From positions 22,915 through 86,914 of the IMG/VR virus record IMGVR_UViG_3300029258_004290: DNA of 64,000 nucleotides; one strand, written 5' to 3'. The notes below the pieces were generated by a model. That model did not search any database. It saw nothing but the letters and a program-made list of their open reading frames with translations, and was not told where the DNA came from. The DNA comes from a virus. Of this stretch, positions 37,341 through 47,038 are shown piece by piece (position 1 is the stretch's first letter; every line of letters starts with the position of its first letter). Both the position numbers and the translations under genes were made by a program.

Positions 37341-39077
37341 ATGAGTGTCAAGACCAGAACATTCACCTCTGCCGGTCGGACCACGCAGCACACCATCCCC
37401 GGCGCGTACTCGCGCTTCACGAGCGCGAAGGGGGCGGGCGGGCTCGCGTCGACCAGCAACTGCGTCTTCCTGGGCACCGCGTTCGGCGGCGAGCCCGGGA
37501 AGATCCACGTGGTGCAGAACGCCGACGACGCCGTCGCCCTCCTGCAGGGGCAGGGCAACCTGATGGAGTGCATCCGCGCGTTCTTCAAGCCGGGGAACGA
37601 GCTGCGCCCGCAGGAGGTCGGCATCTACCGGATCAACACGGCGGTCCAGGCGTCGGCGTTCATCGAGGACGCGGCGACGGACAACGTCGTGAAGATCCTC
37701 AGCCGCGACTACGGGATCCTGTTCAACCAGATCCAGTACAAGGTCGAGACGGGGACGGTCGCGGGGACGAAGAAGTTCACCGAGAAGTTCAAGGGGGTGG
37801 AGAACGTCTTCGACAACATCGAGAAGAAGTCCTTCACCGTCCAGTACACCGGGGCCGCGGCGAGCGCCACCATGACGATCAGCGCCACCCAGCTGACGAC
37901 GTCGTGCGCGGCGACCCCCGCCGACGACCTCACCATCCTGTTCAGCGCGTACCCGAACGTGGAGGCGCTCGTCGCCTACATCAACAACCACGCCTCGTAC
38001 ACGTGCACGGCAGACGACGCGAACGCGGCCTCCGCGGCGTGCTCGGAGCTGGACGCGGTGACCGCGCAGGACATCAAGACCGCCCCGTACACGGCGGACA
38101 GCAACGTCCAGGCCATGATCGACACGATCACCGACCAGGCGTCGTTCGTGACGGCGGAGCTCGTCGCCGCGGCGGTGCGGGACCCGCTCGCCAACACGAC
38201 CGGCTACCCGTACCTCACCGGCGGGTCGGAGGGGAGCGCGACCTCCACGGAGTGGACCGCGGCCCTGACGGACCTCGAGGACGAGGACGTCCAGCTGATC
38301 GGCGTCGCCATCGAGGACGCGTCGATCAACACGCTGGTCGAGACCCACCTCGACACGACCAACTCCGAGACCGGGAAGCGGGAGCGGCGCGCGCTGCTGC
38401 CGTCGACCCAGTCCACGATCGACACGGCCATCACCGAGGCGGAGGGGAAGAACCGCTACGCCGAGGGCATGGCCTACGGGGCCTACAACGACTACAACGT
38501 CAACAACGTCTGGACGGGCTTCACCTCCATGCACGTGGCGGCGAAGCTGCTCGGCATGACGGTGGCGCTCAGCCTCAACGAGCCGCTCACCTACAAGTGG
38601 CTCGACGTCGGGGAGCTCACCTCCAAGCCGACCAAGACCCAGCAGAAGAACGCGATCCTGGCGGGGCTCATGATCCCCCGGGTCGACGGGAGCCTGGCCC
38701 GCGTCGTGCGGAGCGTCACGACCTCGAAGCTCGACGACCTGAAGTACGTCGAGTGGAGCTGCGTCGGCGAGATGCTCTTCATGAGCTACGACATGCGGAC
38801 GCTCCTGGAGACCACGTTCACCGGGAAGGCGGGGACCAACAGCTCCATGGTCGCGGTCGAGCCGACGATGCGGGAGCGCCTGCAGGTCTACGAGGAGCGG
38901 GAGAAGCTGATCGTGGCCGACCCCGACAACCCGAAGGCCAACCCGGCCTTCGACGACATCCAGGTCATCCGGCAGGCGGACGTCACGCGCGCCCGCTACA
39001 AGGCGAACATCGTGGCGCCCAACAACTTCATCTTCCTGACCCACTACTTCGACCTCCTGGTCCAGGCGGCGACGTAG
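37341..39077 (+). CDS. tail sheath protein
   Basis: IPGAYS, FLGTAFGGEPG, YLTGGSEG, EPLTYK, RVVRSVTT, PNNFIFLT; TAAGGAGG RBS. Confidence 0.92.
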   Translation: MSVKTRTFTSAGRTTQHTIPGAYSRFTSAKGAGGLASTSNCVFLGTAFGGEPGKIHVVQNADDAVALLQGQGNLMECIRAFFKPGNELRPQEVGIYRINTAVQASAFIEDAATDNVVKILSRDYGILFNQIQYKVETGTVAGTKKFTEKFKGVENVFDNIEKKSFTVQYTGAAASATMTISATQLTTSCAATPADDLTILFSAYPNVEALVAYINNHASYTCTADDANAASAACSELDAVTAQDIKTAPYTADSNVQAMIDTITDQASFVTAELVAAAVRDPLANTTGYPYLTGGSEGSATSTEWTAALTDLEDEDVQLIGVAIEDASINTLVETHLDTTNSETGKRERRALLPSTQSTIDTAITEAEGKNRYAEGMAYGAYNDYNVNNVWTGFTSMHVAAKLLGMTVALSLNEPLTYKWLDVGELTSKPTKTQQKNAILAGLMIPRVDGSLARVVRSVTTSKLDDLKYVEWSCVGEMLFMSYDMRTLLETTFTGKAGTNSSMVAVEPTMRERLQVYEEREKLIVADPDNPKANPAFDDIQVIRQADVTRARYKANIVAPNNFIFLTHYFDLLVQAAT

Positions 39078-39104
39078 GGGCGCGGGTGAAAGGAGAATAG
39101 GGAG

Positions 39105-39527
39105 ATGGCAAAGCAGCTTGCAACGTCGATCGCCGGCGGCGCGTGGGTCGAGGTCCAGGTGGACGGGGTGCCGATCCTCCTAGCGCAGGGGTGCTCCTAC
39201 TCCGAGGACTTCAACGTCCAGCCGCTCGAGACCCTCGGGTTCCTCGGCGCGCGGGAGTACGAGTCCTTCGGCTACACGTGTGAGATCACCCTCCGGTGGC
39301 TCATCGCGAAGAACAAGGCAGACTACAACCGCCTGGTCCCGAAGCGCAGCGACATCCAGAAGGACGGCCTGCTCCAGGACCACGTCGTCACGTTCGTCGA
39401 CATCTCGCAGCAGACGGTGCACACCGCGTTCCGCGGCGCCGTCATCGCGAGGGCGGGGGAGAACATCGACGCCAACCAGTTCGTGGCCGGCGACGTGACC
39501 ATGTTCTCGGTCGAGCGGATCCAGTAG
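39105..39527 (+). CDS. tail tube protein
   Basis: 140 aa directly after sheath; V.VDG..I..AQ.CSY.EDF..QP...LG. Confidence 0.85.
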   Translation: MAKQLATSIAGGAWVEVQVDGVPILLAQGCSYSEDFNVQPLETLGFLGAREYESFGYTCEITLRWLIAKNKADYNRLVPKRSDIQKDGLLQDHVVTFVDISQQTVHTAFRGAVIARAGENIDANQFVAGDVTMFSVERIQ

Positions 39528-39541
39528 GGGTCCGAGCAACG

Positions 39542-39575
39542 GGCCGGCGGCGGTTTCGGTAGGCCGCCGCCGGCC
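39542..39575 (+). terminator. GC-rich hairpin after tail tube gene
   Basis: GGCCGGCGGCGG / CCGCCGCCGGCC 12-bp stem; no U-tract. Confidence 0.5.
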
Positions 39576-39593
39576 AGAGAAGGGGAAGAGAAA

Positions 39594-40112
39594 ATGAGGA
39601 AGGTTTCAGAGACGCCCGAGAAGTACACAGACGAGGAGATCCGCATCGGCGACTACCTCCTCAACCGGGAGGACGTCACCAAGGAGATAGACACGCCCAG
39701 GGGGACGTTCACCATCAGGATACCGTCGGCGGGGATGCGGAGACTCATCATCTCTTCGACCGCCAAGTCGCTCGGAGCACCGCTCGACCACGTCCCCGCG
39801 GAGGACTACCTGTTCGTGGCCGCCCTCTGCACCCTCGACAGGGTGCTGGTGGGGTGGCCCGACTGGTGGAAGGGCGCGGCGCAGTGCCACGACGAGGAGC
39901 TGATCGGCACCATCTTCGCGGCGTTCCGCGAGTTCGACGAAGCCTTCAGGAGGCGTCTTCGGGGAGACGGACCTGGCGCGAGTGGCGAAGTCGAGGTCGC
40001 TGGAGGCGTGGGTGATAAACAAGTTCCGCGTGCTGCCGACGGATCCCCGCTTCCAGGAGCTGACGGAGGAGCAGATGCTGCTCCTATACGAGATGGAGGC
40101 GAACCTACCTAG
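39594..40112 (+). CDS. tail assembly chaperone (short form)
   Basis: Between tube and tape measure; GTFTIRIP, ..P.WW motifs. Confidence 0.75.
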   Translation: MRKVSETPEKYTDEEIRIGDYLLNREDVTKEIDTPRGTFTIRIPSAGMRRLIISSTAKSLGAPLDHVPAEDYLFVAALCTLDRVLVGWPDWWKGAAQCHDEELIGTIFAAFREFDEAFRRRLRGDGPGASGEVEVAGGVGDKQVPRAADGSPLPGADGGADAAPIRDGGEPT

Positions 40113-40383
40113 CGAAGAGGAGGTGCGGCTCGGCATCCGGCTGGCGGCGCGGCGCAAGGTCGAGGCCGACGAGCGGGTGCACGAGCGCGCCAAGGGCATG
40201 GGGATCGACCTCAGGGGAGCGCTCGACCTCATCGCGGGGAAGGGCGGGCCCGCGCCGACCCCCGGGGAGCAGCACGTGACCAAGGAGCAGTTCTACGGCA
40301 AGCGCCAGGCGCCCGCGCGCCGCGCGCCCCGGACGCTGCGGCGGCACCCCGGCCTCGGGGGCTGGAAGCGGAGAAGAAGATAG
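39958..40383 (+). CDS. tail assembly chaperone C-terminal extension (+1 frame, probably via programmed frameshift)
   Basis: W.I.KFRVLPTDPRFQELTEEQ in +1 frame; AGGAGG-CGT-CTT-CGG site at 39948-39962. Confidence 0.7.
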   Translation, partial: FGETDLARVAKSRSLEAWVINKFRVLPTDPRFQELTEEQMLLLYEMEANLPSEEEVRLGIRLAARRKVEADERVHERAKGMGIDLRGALDLIAGKGGPAPTPGEQHVTKEQFYGKRQAPARRAPRTLRRHPGLGGWKRRRR

Positions 40384-40389
40384 GACGGC

Positions 40390-42390
40390 ATGCCGACGGG
40401 TAGACACAACATCTGGCTCGGCTTCAGCGGACCCTGGGAGCGCCAGCTCAAGACGCTCTACAGGGAGCTAGAGAAGAACGCGCAGTCCGCGAAGAAGTTC
40501 GCGTCGACGAAGTCGTCTGCGATCCAGGACCAGATCGCGGCCCTGGGCAAGGAGCAGGCGGCGACCGAGGCCAGCTGGAAGGCCGGCGAGCGCCAGGAGC
40601 GGCGCGGCCGCTCGGTCCGCCAGCGCCAGGCCCAGATGATCCGGTCCGCCGCGACGGCGCCCCTGGCCGCGGTCAGCGGCGGGATGGGCGCCGGCCCGAT
40701 CGGTGCGGCCGGCGGCGGCGCGGAGGCCGTCGGCGGCATGCTCCAAAACCGGGGAATGCTGCGCACGGGCGTCGCGGTCGCGGCCGGCGGCATGATCGCC
40801 AAGTTCCTGGGGCAGCAGGCCGCGTCGTTCGCGCCGATCCTCGAGCAGCTACAGTCGCTCCGCGCCCTGACGGGGACGTTCGGGGGCGAGACGACGCGGG
40901 CGCAGCTCGACCGGTACCAGGCGCTTGCCAGGGAGACCGGCATCGCCCCGCGGGACATGCGGCAGGCCGCGCTCATCATCGCGCAGCAGACCGGGGAGGC
41001 GGTCGAGGACGCGGACATGAAGCAGCTCGGCCTGGTCGCCAGGACGGTCGGGATGCAGGCCGAGGAGCTCGCGCAGTTCCGCGCCATACAGGAGCGGTTC
41101 GGCACGGGCCAGGCGTTCACGGACGCGATCGTCAAGGGCACCGCGGCCGGCCTCACCAAGGGCCAGATGCCGGAGTTCCTGAAGTCGATCGTCTCCCTGC
41201 AGCAGCAGCAGGCGCAGGCCGGCGTCGAGGACCGCGGCGAGATGGCCGCCACCCTGGCCAGGCTCGGGGAGATCAACACGACGTGGGAGGGCCAGTTCGG
41301 CGCGGCGAAGCTGCAGGGGATGGCCGGGGCGTTCCGCGGGGCCGCGGCCGGCGCCGGCGGCTTCGGGGCGAACCTCATGTTCTCCGCGCTCTCGGCGGCG
41401 GACCCCTCCGCCGGCTACTACAAGCTCCTCGAGCAGATGGAGAAGGGCGCGACGGACGAGAACATCACCGCCGTCGTCAGGCGCCTCGAGAAGATGGGGG
41501 GCACGGAGGAGAGCCGCGCGCGCCTGCTGCAGCGGGTGTTCACCAGCCTGACCTACACGGACGCCCTGGCGCTGAGCCGGGACTACGCCGACGACTCGCC
41601 GGCGAGGCGGTCGGCCAGGGAGGAGAAGGCCCGACTGGCGCTCGAGGACGCGGGCGAGGCGTACATGGGCGACGAGACCCGGTACCAGCTGCAGAGCAAG
41701 ATCGCCACCGACGTCTTCGGCGAGGAGGTCAAGTCCCTATCGGCCGGCATCGTCGGCGGCCTCGTAAAGGAGGTTCAGGGCGGGCCCGAGCAGGTGGACC
41801 TGCAGCGCCGGGCGCTGACGCACCTCCGGGCGCTGGAGCGCGGGGAGTTCATCGGCCAGCAAGGCGCGTTCCGCCCGGTCGATCCGGAGTCGCGGTACAT
41901 CGTGGCCGCGAAGTACCTCAGCCTGAAGTACGGCGAGGAGCAGGCGGCCACGATGCTCGCCGGCTACGCGCAGAAGGAGGGCGTCAGGTACGGGACCGGC
42001 GGCCAGATGGACCCGGCGACGGTGTACAACATCGGCAAGCGGGTCTACCAGGAGGAGTTCGGCGGCGGGGCGTTCCGCTACATGCGCCGCGGCGCCGAGG
42101 CCCAGGGTCGCGCCGCGCAGGTCCGCACGTTCCTCGAGGCGCAGCCCGACATCGGCAGGCGCTTCTACATGACCGAGGGCGAGGCCAGGGCCGAGGCCTA
42201 CACCATGATCGCGTCGCACTTCGAGAAGCTCGGGGAGAGCGCGGACGCGGACCGCGCGGCCATGGTCGAGACGCTCGTCGCCGGGCTGCGGGAGGTCCTC
42301 ACCGAGGACCGCGAGGCCGGCAGGAAGGTCACGATCTTCGCCGGCAAGGCTGAGGTCGCCGAGGGCCAGGAAGGGGACGTGCGCAAGTGA
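40390..42390 (+). CDS. tape measure protein
   Basis: 666 aa helical Ala/Gly/Gln-rich ORF after the chaperones. Confidence 0.8.
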   Translation: MPTGRHNIWLGFSGPWERQLKTLYRELEKNAQSAKKFASTKSSAIQDQIAALGKEQAATEASWKAGERQERRGRSVRQRQAQMIRSAATAPLAAVSGGMGAGPIGAAGGGAEAVGGMLQNRGMLRTGVAVAAGGMIAKFLGQQAASFAPILEQLQSLRALTGTFGGETTRAQLDRYQALARETGIAPRDMRQAALIIAQQTGEAVEDADMKQLGLVARTVGMQAEELAQFRAIQERFGTGQAFTDAIVKGTAAGLTKGQMPEFLKSIVSLQQQQAQAGVEDRGEMAATLARLGEINTTWEGQFGAAKLQGMAGAFRGAAAGAGGFGANLMFSALSAADPSAGYYKLLEQMEKGATDENITAVVRRLEKMGGTEESRARLLQRVFTSLTYTDALALSRDYADDSPARRSAREEKARLALEDAGEAYMGDETRYQLQSKIATDVFGEEVKSLSAGIVGGLVKEVQGGPEQVDLQRRALTHLRALERGEFIGQQGAFRPVDPESRYIVAAKYLSLKYGEEQAATMLAGYAQKEGVRYGTGGQMDPATVYNIGKRVYQEEFGGGAFRYMRRGAEAQGRAAQVRTFLEAQPDIGRRFYMTEGEARAEAYTMIASHFEKLGESADADRAAMVETLVAGLREVLTEDREAGRKVTIFAGKAEVAEGQEGDVRK

Positions 42391-43748
42391 GCGTCATCGC
42401 CAGGCCGGCGAGCAAGGCGAACCTGGACGTCCGGGTCTTCCGCCGCAGCCGGCCCGAGGCGCCGCTGACGCTGGCGGGCCCGCGCAACACGCACCTCCTG
42501 TCGCTGCAGATCCAGAAGACGATGCAGCAGCCGGTCGGCGGCCTGTCCGCGGAGCTCGCGAACGTCGGCCCCCACCAGGACTGGGAGCGGCAGATCGAGA
42601 ACGGCGACCTGATCCACGCGCGGGTCGACGGCAAGCTGAAGATGCTGGGGATCATCAACTCCGTCGGCGCGGCCTCGACCGTCGGAGACAAGGGGCAGAT
42701 CAACAACCGGGTGGCGATCAAGGCCGCGGACTTCGGGATCCTCTTCACGAACTTCGCGCAGCTCATCCACGACGCGACGTGGGGCGGGGAGCGCTTCAAC
42801 CTGGGCGCGACGTTCGCCCTCGTGTTCGAGGCCATCCACGCGGCCATCACCATGGAGGGGCTGCGCGACGGGTACAACATTAAGGGTCTCCTGCAGCTGA
42901 CGTGGGACAAGATCATGACCGCCTATTCCGACGTCGCCGCGGCGATGGGGCAGCCGCTGCGGTTCGCGGACGGCTCGGACTTCAAGACCATGTTCGGCGG
43001 GGCGAGGGGGGCCAGGCTGTTCGAGACGGTCTCCTCCGCGTACGACACGCGGTACCCGCTGCTGGTGCACATCCCCGAGGAGCACAAGGCCCTGTGGGAC
43101 CTGTGGACCGCGGCGGCGAACATGCCGTTCAACGAGATCTGGGCGGATACGTGCTACGCGGGGCAGCTCGTCGACACGCTCGACCCCCTGACTACGCCCG
43201 TGACGGCGGAGGGCTTCCGGGTCATCTGCCGGCCGAACCCCTGGCTGGGGGGCCGGTTCGCGGACATGGCGGACCACGAGTACCCCGCGAGCAAGATCAC
43301 CGCCGTCAACGCGGTGAAGAGCGCGGCGGAGGTCAAGTCCCTCTACCTGGTGTACCCGGCGTCCGACCAGCGCAACGCGAACGACATGCGGGCGACCGGG
43401 AACTACGCGGTCGACAAGCGCCTCTTCTCCATCTGGGGGCCGGGGGCGCAGGAGACCGCGCTCAACTTCGTCGACGGCAGCGAGGACCCGATCGCGGCGG
43501 CCGCGGGCCTGGCCGACCTCCTCCAGGAGGGGTACGCCGACATCGACAGCTACTGGGCCGGGACCCTGGCCGGCCGGTACCACGACGTGCGCGTCGGCCA
43601 GAAAATCCTGTTCCCCAGGAAGCTGCACTACCCGACCCGGCTGACCGCGGCGCTGGCGCAGTCGGTCACGGACAAGCTCGACTTCAGCGCGGGGGCGCCC
43701 AAGCTCACGACGCAGGTGACCTTTACCAGGGGGGTGGACTACTACTGA
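42387..43748 (+). CDS. baseplate hub-like protein
   Basis: Position after tape measure; beta-rich N-terminus, DVRVGQK...SVT C-terminus. Confidence 0.65.
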   Translation: MSVIARPASKANLDVRVFRRSRPEAPLTLAGPRNTHLLSLQIQKTMQQPVGGLSAELANVGPHQDWERQIENGDLIHARVDGKLKMLGIINSVGAASTVGDKGQINNRVAIKAADFGILFTNFAQLIHDATWGGERFNLGATFALVFEAIHAAITMEGLRDGYNIKGLLQLTWDKIMTAYSDVAAAMGQPLRFADGSDFKTMFGGARGARLFETVSSAYDTRYPLLVHIPEEHKALWDLWTAAANMPFNEIWADTCYAGQLVDTLDPLTTPVTAEGFRVICRPNPWLGGRFADMADHEYPASKITAVNAVKSAAEVKSLYLVYPASDQRNANDMRATGNYAVDKRLFSIWGPGAQETALNFVDGSEDPIAAAAGLADLLQEGYADIDSYWAGTLAGRYHDVRVGQKILFPRKLHYPTRLTAALAQSVTDKLDFSAGAPKLTTQVTFTRGVDYY

Positions 43749-44506
43749 TGCTCGGCGTGAAGGACATGCTGACGGACACCTACAAGTACGTCGCGCAGCG
43801 CGCGGACGTGCCCAAACACGTGAGGGACGTCCTCGGAGCGACCAAGGCGGTGTTCGTCACCGTCGAGGCCGCCTACGAGGACGACTACACGGTCGACGTC
43901 ACGCTCGGCACGCCGACCCCGCAGGGAAAAAAGCGGACGCTTTACCGGAGGTGCCTGGTCGTGTCCCCCGGCGGTGTGCCGGCCGCAGGCCAGGAGTGGG
44001 CCGAGCTCGGGCTGCCCCTGAAGAACAGCCAAGCGCTGGCCCTCTTCGTGCCGGGGCGAACGACCCCCGTCGTCATTGGCGGCCTGTACTTCCCGGACGC
44101 GACGATACAGAAGGGGATGCGGGGGCTCATCGCGGAGCTCACGGACCCCGGCGACAGGATCGCGACGCACCCCAGCGGTGTGAAGATTAAGCTCTTGAAG
44201 GACAAGACCGTCGAGATCACGCAGCCGGCCGGCGCGGAGGTCACCATCTCCCCGGCGGGCGAGATCCACCTAAAGCAGAAAAGCGGCGAGAAGATCAAGG
44301 TCGGCCTGACCTCGACGGACAAGGTGGTGATGGAGGCGCTGCTGCAAACGCGGTGGGCGGCGTTCAAGACGTGGCTGTCGGCCCACGTTCACCCGACCCC
44401 GGCCGGCCCGTCCGGGCCGCCCGTTTCCCCCGCGCCCCCGTTGCCCCCGACCGCGATACCCGACATGACGGGCGCGGGCAGCGCGACTGTCGATGGGCAG
44501 CCGTAG
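43748..44506 (+). CDS. baseplate central spike (gpV/gp5-like)
   Basis: OB-fold-like N-terminus (LP...QAL.LF..G...PVVIG), short beta repeats HPSG/QPAG, C-terminal AHVHP. Confidence 0.78.
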   Translation: MLGVKDMLTDTYKYVAQRADVPKHVRDVLGATKAVFVTVEAAYEDDYTVDVTLGTPTPQGKKRTLYRRCLVVSPGGVPAAGQEWAELGLPLKNSQALALFVPGRTTPVVIGGLYFPDATIQKGMRGLIAELTDPGDRIATHPSGVKIKLLKDKTVEITQPAGAEVTISPAGEIHLKQKSGEKIKVGLTSTDKVVMEALLQTRWAAFKTWLSAHVHPTPAGPSGPPVSPAPPLPPTAIPDMTGAGSATVDGQP

Positions 44507-44515
44507 GAGACGTCG

Positions 44516-45046
44516 ATGGCGATGACTGTAGGTGACGCGGAAAACTACACCGGGCTCGCCGGCCGGTTTCGCACTCGGATGGAGGCGGAGTTCGGGGCCG
44601 CCTACGTCTATGACCAGAGCTCGCGGAAGTTCCTCAACTCAATGGCGCAGGGTGTCGTGGACGAGGTGGAGCTCGAGGGGCCGGGCAACGCCACGAAATA
44701 CGTTTCGATAACGCGGGCGACAATCTTCGACACGACGGAGCCGGTCATAGGCGCCTGGACCCCGGTGGACATTTCCAGCGTCATTCCTGCGGACGCGTTC
44801 GCGGTGCAGATGATGACGAAGCTGTACAACCCCGACACCGACTCGCTCATGTACTGGGGGCCCGTCGCCGCAAGCAGCGAGCTGGAGCTGTTCGTCGGTT
44901 CGGCGTCGAACTACTGGGGGTCAGCGGCTGGCATCGTGAACGTCGGCCCAAGTAGGACCCTTCAGTACCTGGCCCAGGGCGACGCAACATGGAACTTCAA
45001 CCGGGCATTCGTGTTCGGCTACTACATTTTGGCGGCTGACGTATGA
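44516..45046 (+). CDS. hypothetical tail protein
   Basis: AGGAG RBS; within baseplate module. Confidence 0.6.
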   Translation: MAMTVGDAENYTGLAGRFRTRMEAEFGAAYVYDQSSRKFLNSMAQGVVDEVELEGPGNATKYVSITRATIFDTTEPVIGAWTPVDISSVIPADAFAVQMMTKLYNPDTDSLMYWGPVAASSELELFVGSASNYWGSAAGIVNVGPSRTLQYLAQGDATWNFNRAFVFGYYILAADV

Positions 45047-45297
45047 GTTACCTGTATACCAAGCCGAACGGGACGATCACGGCGTTCTGTGTTGGGCGGC
45101 TACCGGACCGCCTCGACGCCGGCGACACGGAGCACGTCGTGTCCGAGTATCCTAAAGAGGTGGGCGAAGTGGATAGTCTCTCGTACTTCACTTACATCGA
45201 CAAGGTGGTAAAGAGGGTGACCGCTACTCCGGCCATAGGGCCGTCGGAGGTCGAGAAGCTGAAGGCCCGGGTCGACGCATTGGAGGCGAAGCAATAG
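45043..45297 (+). CDS. hypothetical protein
   Basis: ATGA coupling; C-terminal coiled coil. Confidence 0.55.
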   Translation: MSYLYTKPNGTITAFCVGRLPDRLDAGDTEHVVSEYPKEVGEVDSLSYFTYIDKVVKRVTATPAIGPSEVEKLKARVDALEAKQ

Positions 45298-45298
45298 A

Positions 45299-47038
45299 AT
45301 GCCGCTAAGGAGCGAGTTCTACCGGTTCGAGTTGGTGAGGGGCGGCCTCATCCTCGACCAGTTCAATTTCGTCGTGCCCCCGCAGGAGATGCAGTACCAG
45401 GGCAAGTACCGCGGCACGGTCTACAAGACGTTTGGCGGGACGCACGTCGACCTGCAGGGGATGGACAACATCAAGATCACCCTGTCGGGGACGACGGGCG
45501 GGCCGCGCGCGAGGCGCAGGTGGGGGCGCCAGCTTCTGGCCGGCGACGGCCTCGACGCGCTGAAGTACTTCCGCGACAGGATCTGGCGGTACCCCGAGAA
45601 CCCGCGCTACGTGGGGAACTTCGAGGACCTCGCGGTCCGCTTCTGGGACATCGAGCTCGGGGAGTCCTACTGGGTGTTCATTGACAACTTCACCTTCAAG
45701 AAGAGCAAGGCGAGACCGGTCGGCGGCTGGTACGACTTCACCATCGCCATGACGGCGACGGACCCGCCCGAGGAGAAGCAGAAGCTCGGGAAGTATTTCC
45801 AGGCACTGAAGAAGTACCGCCAGGCCATGCAGGGCGCGCTGCTGGGGGTGCAGGACACCATCGACGAGCTGCGCGGCTACGTCGACAAGGGGCTCGAGTA
45901 CGTCGACGCGACGCTCGGCTTCGTCGACGTCTCGATCGAGTTCCTGACCGGCATCCTGGACCAGGCCACCGACATCCTCACCATCCTGGAGGACACGACG
46001 CTCGCGCTACTCGACAGGGCGCGGCAGACCGTCAACCTGCTGTCCGACACGGCCGAGGCCGTGGACCGGATGGTCGCGGCCGGCGAGACGTTCGGCGGCT
46101 TCTTCGAGGGGGAGTTCGGCGAGTCCGTCGAGAAGACGTTCAACGACCTGAAGACGGCGTGCGAGCAGCTGCGCCTGGACTTCGAGCAGGCACTCGAGAC
46201 CAACCGGCGCCTGGAGGCGCCCGGCGAGGAGGCGCCGTTCATCTATGCGAACGAGGCGCAGCGGGCGCAGGACGCGGAGAACGACGTCATCCTGGAGCAG
46301 TCCCGGGAGTCGGCCGCGCAGGCGACGGACGACACGGAGGACAGCCAGGCGATCCTCGTCGCGACGTACCCGAAGGAGGACGGCACCACGACGGCCAGCG
46401 ACGTCGCCCCGGGGAGCACCGGCGACCCGCCCTGGACCCGGGCGAACCGCGTGCTCCTCGTCATCGCGGGGGACGGCACGACGCTCACCGACCTGTCGAT
46501 CGAGTACTACGGCACCATCGACGGCGCCGAGGCGATCGCGGCCTTCAACAACCTGACGACGTCCGACCTCGAGCCGGGCCAGGTGGTCCGCGTCCCGACC
46601 TACGTCGACCAGGCCTCGCTCGAGGACAACCTGGTCCTCGACCGGTCGGGCGACCAGTACGGCCAGGACATCCGGCTGCACCACTCCAGCCCGGCCACCC
46701 TGGTGGTGGCGTCGACCGGGGACCTGGCCGTCACGTCCGAGGCCCAGACGATCATGCAGGCCCTGCAGAACCGCGTCACCGCGTCGACCGGGGACCTCAG
46801 GTCCGACAACAACTACGGCTTCCCCCGCGAGTCGACGATCGGGGAGCCCGGCATAACCGAGGCGCGAGCGCTGTTCGCCGCCAGGGTCCGCGAGATGGTC
46901 GAGGCCGACCCGCGCGTCGACGAGGCCGAGATCCTGGGCGTGACCATCTCCTCCGACACGTTCGAGATGCAGACGCGCGTGCGCCTGGCCGACGGGCTGG
47001 AGTCGGACACCACACTCTACGTCAGGAGCAAGGACTGA
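45299..47038 (+). CDS. baseplate protein: tube-initiator-like + LysM + gp25/GPW-like
   Basis: ITLSGTTG; GDGTTL..LS.EYYG......IA.FNNL...L.PGQVVRVP (LysM); GDL, NYG, ADPRV (gp25-like). Confidence 0.75.
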   Translation: MPLRSEFYRFELVRGGLILDQFNFVVPPQEMQYQGKYRGTVYKTFGGTHVDLQGMDNIKITLSGTTGGPRARRRWGRQLLAGDGLDALKYFRDRIWRYPENPRYVGNFEDLAVRFWDIELGESYWVFIDNFTFKKSKARPVGGWYDFTIAMTATDPPEEKQKLGKYFQALKKYRQAMQGALLGVQDTIDELRGYVDKGLEYVDATLGFVDVSIEFLTGILDQATDILTILEDTTLALLDRARQTVNLLSDTAEAVDRMVAAGETFGGFFEGEFGESVEKTFNDLKTACEQLRLDFEQALETNRRLEAPGEEAPFIYANEAQRAQDAENDVILEQSRESAAQATDDTEDSQAILVATYPKEDGTTTASDVAPGSTGDPPWTRANRVLLVIAGDGTTLTDLSIEYYGTIDGAEAIAAFNNLTTSDLEPGQVVRVPTYVDQASLEDNLVLDRSGDQYGQDIRLHHSSPATLVVASTGDLAVTSEAQTIMQALQNRVTASTGDLRSDNNYGFPRESTIGEPGITEARALFAARVREMVEADPRVDEAEILGVTISSDTFEMQTRVRLADGLESDTTLYVRSKD

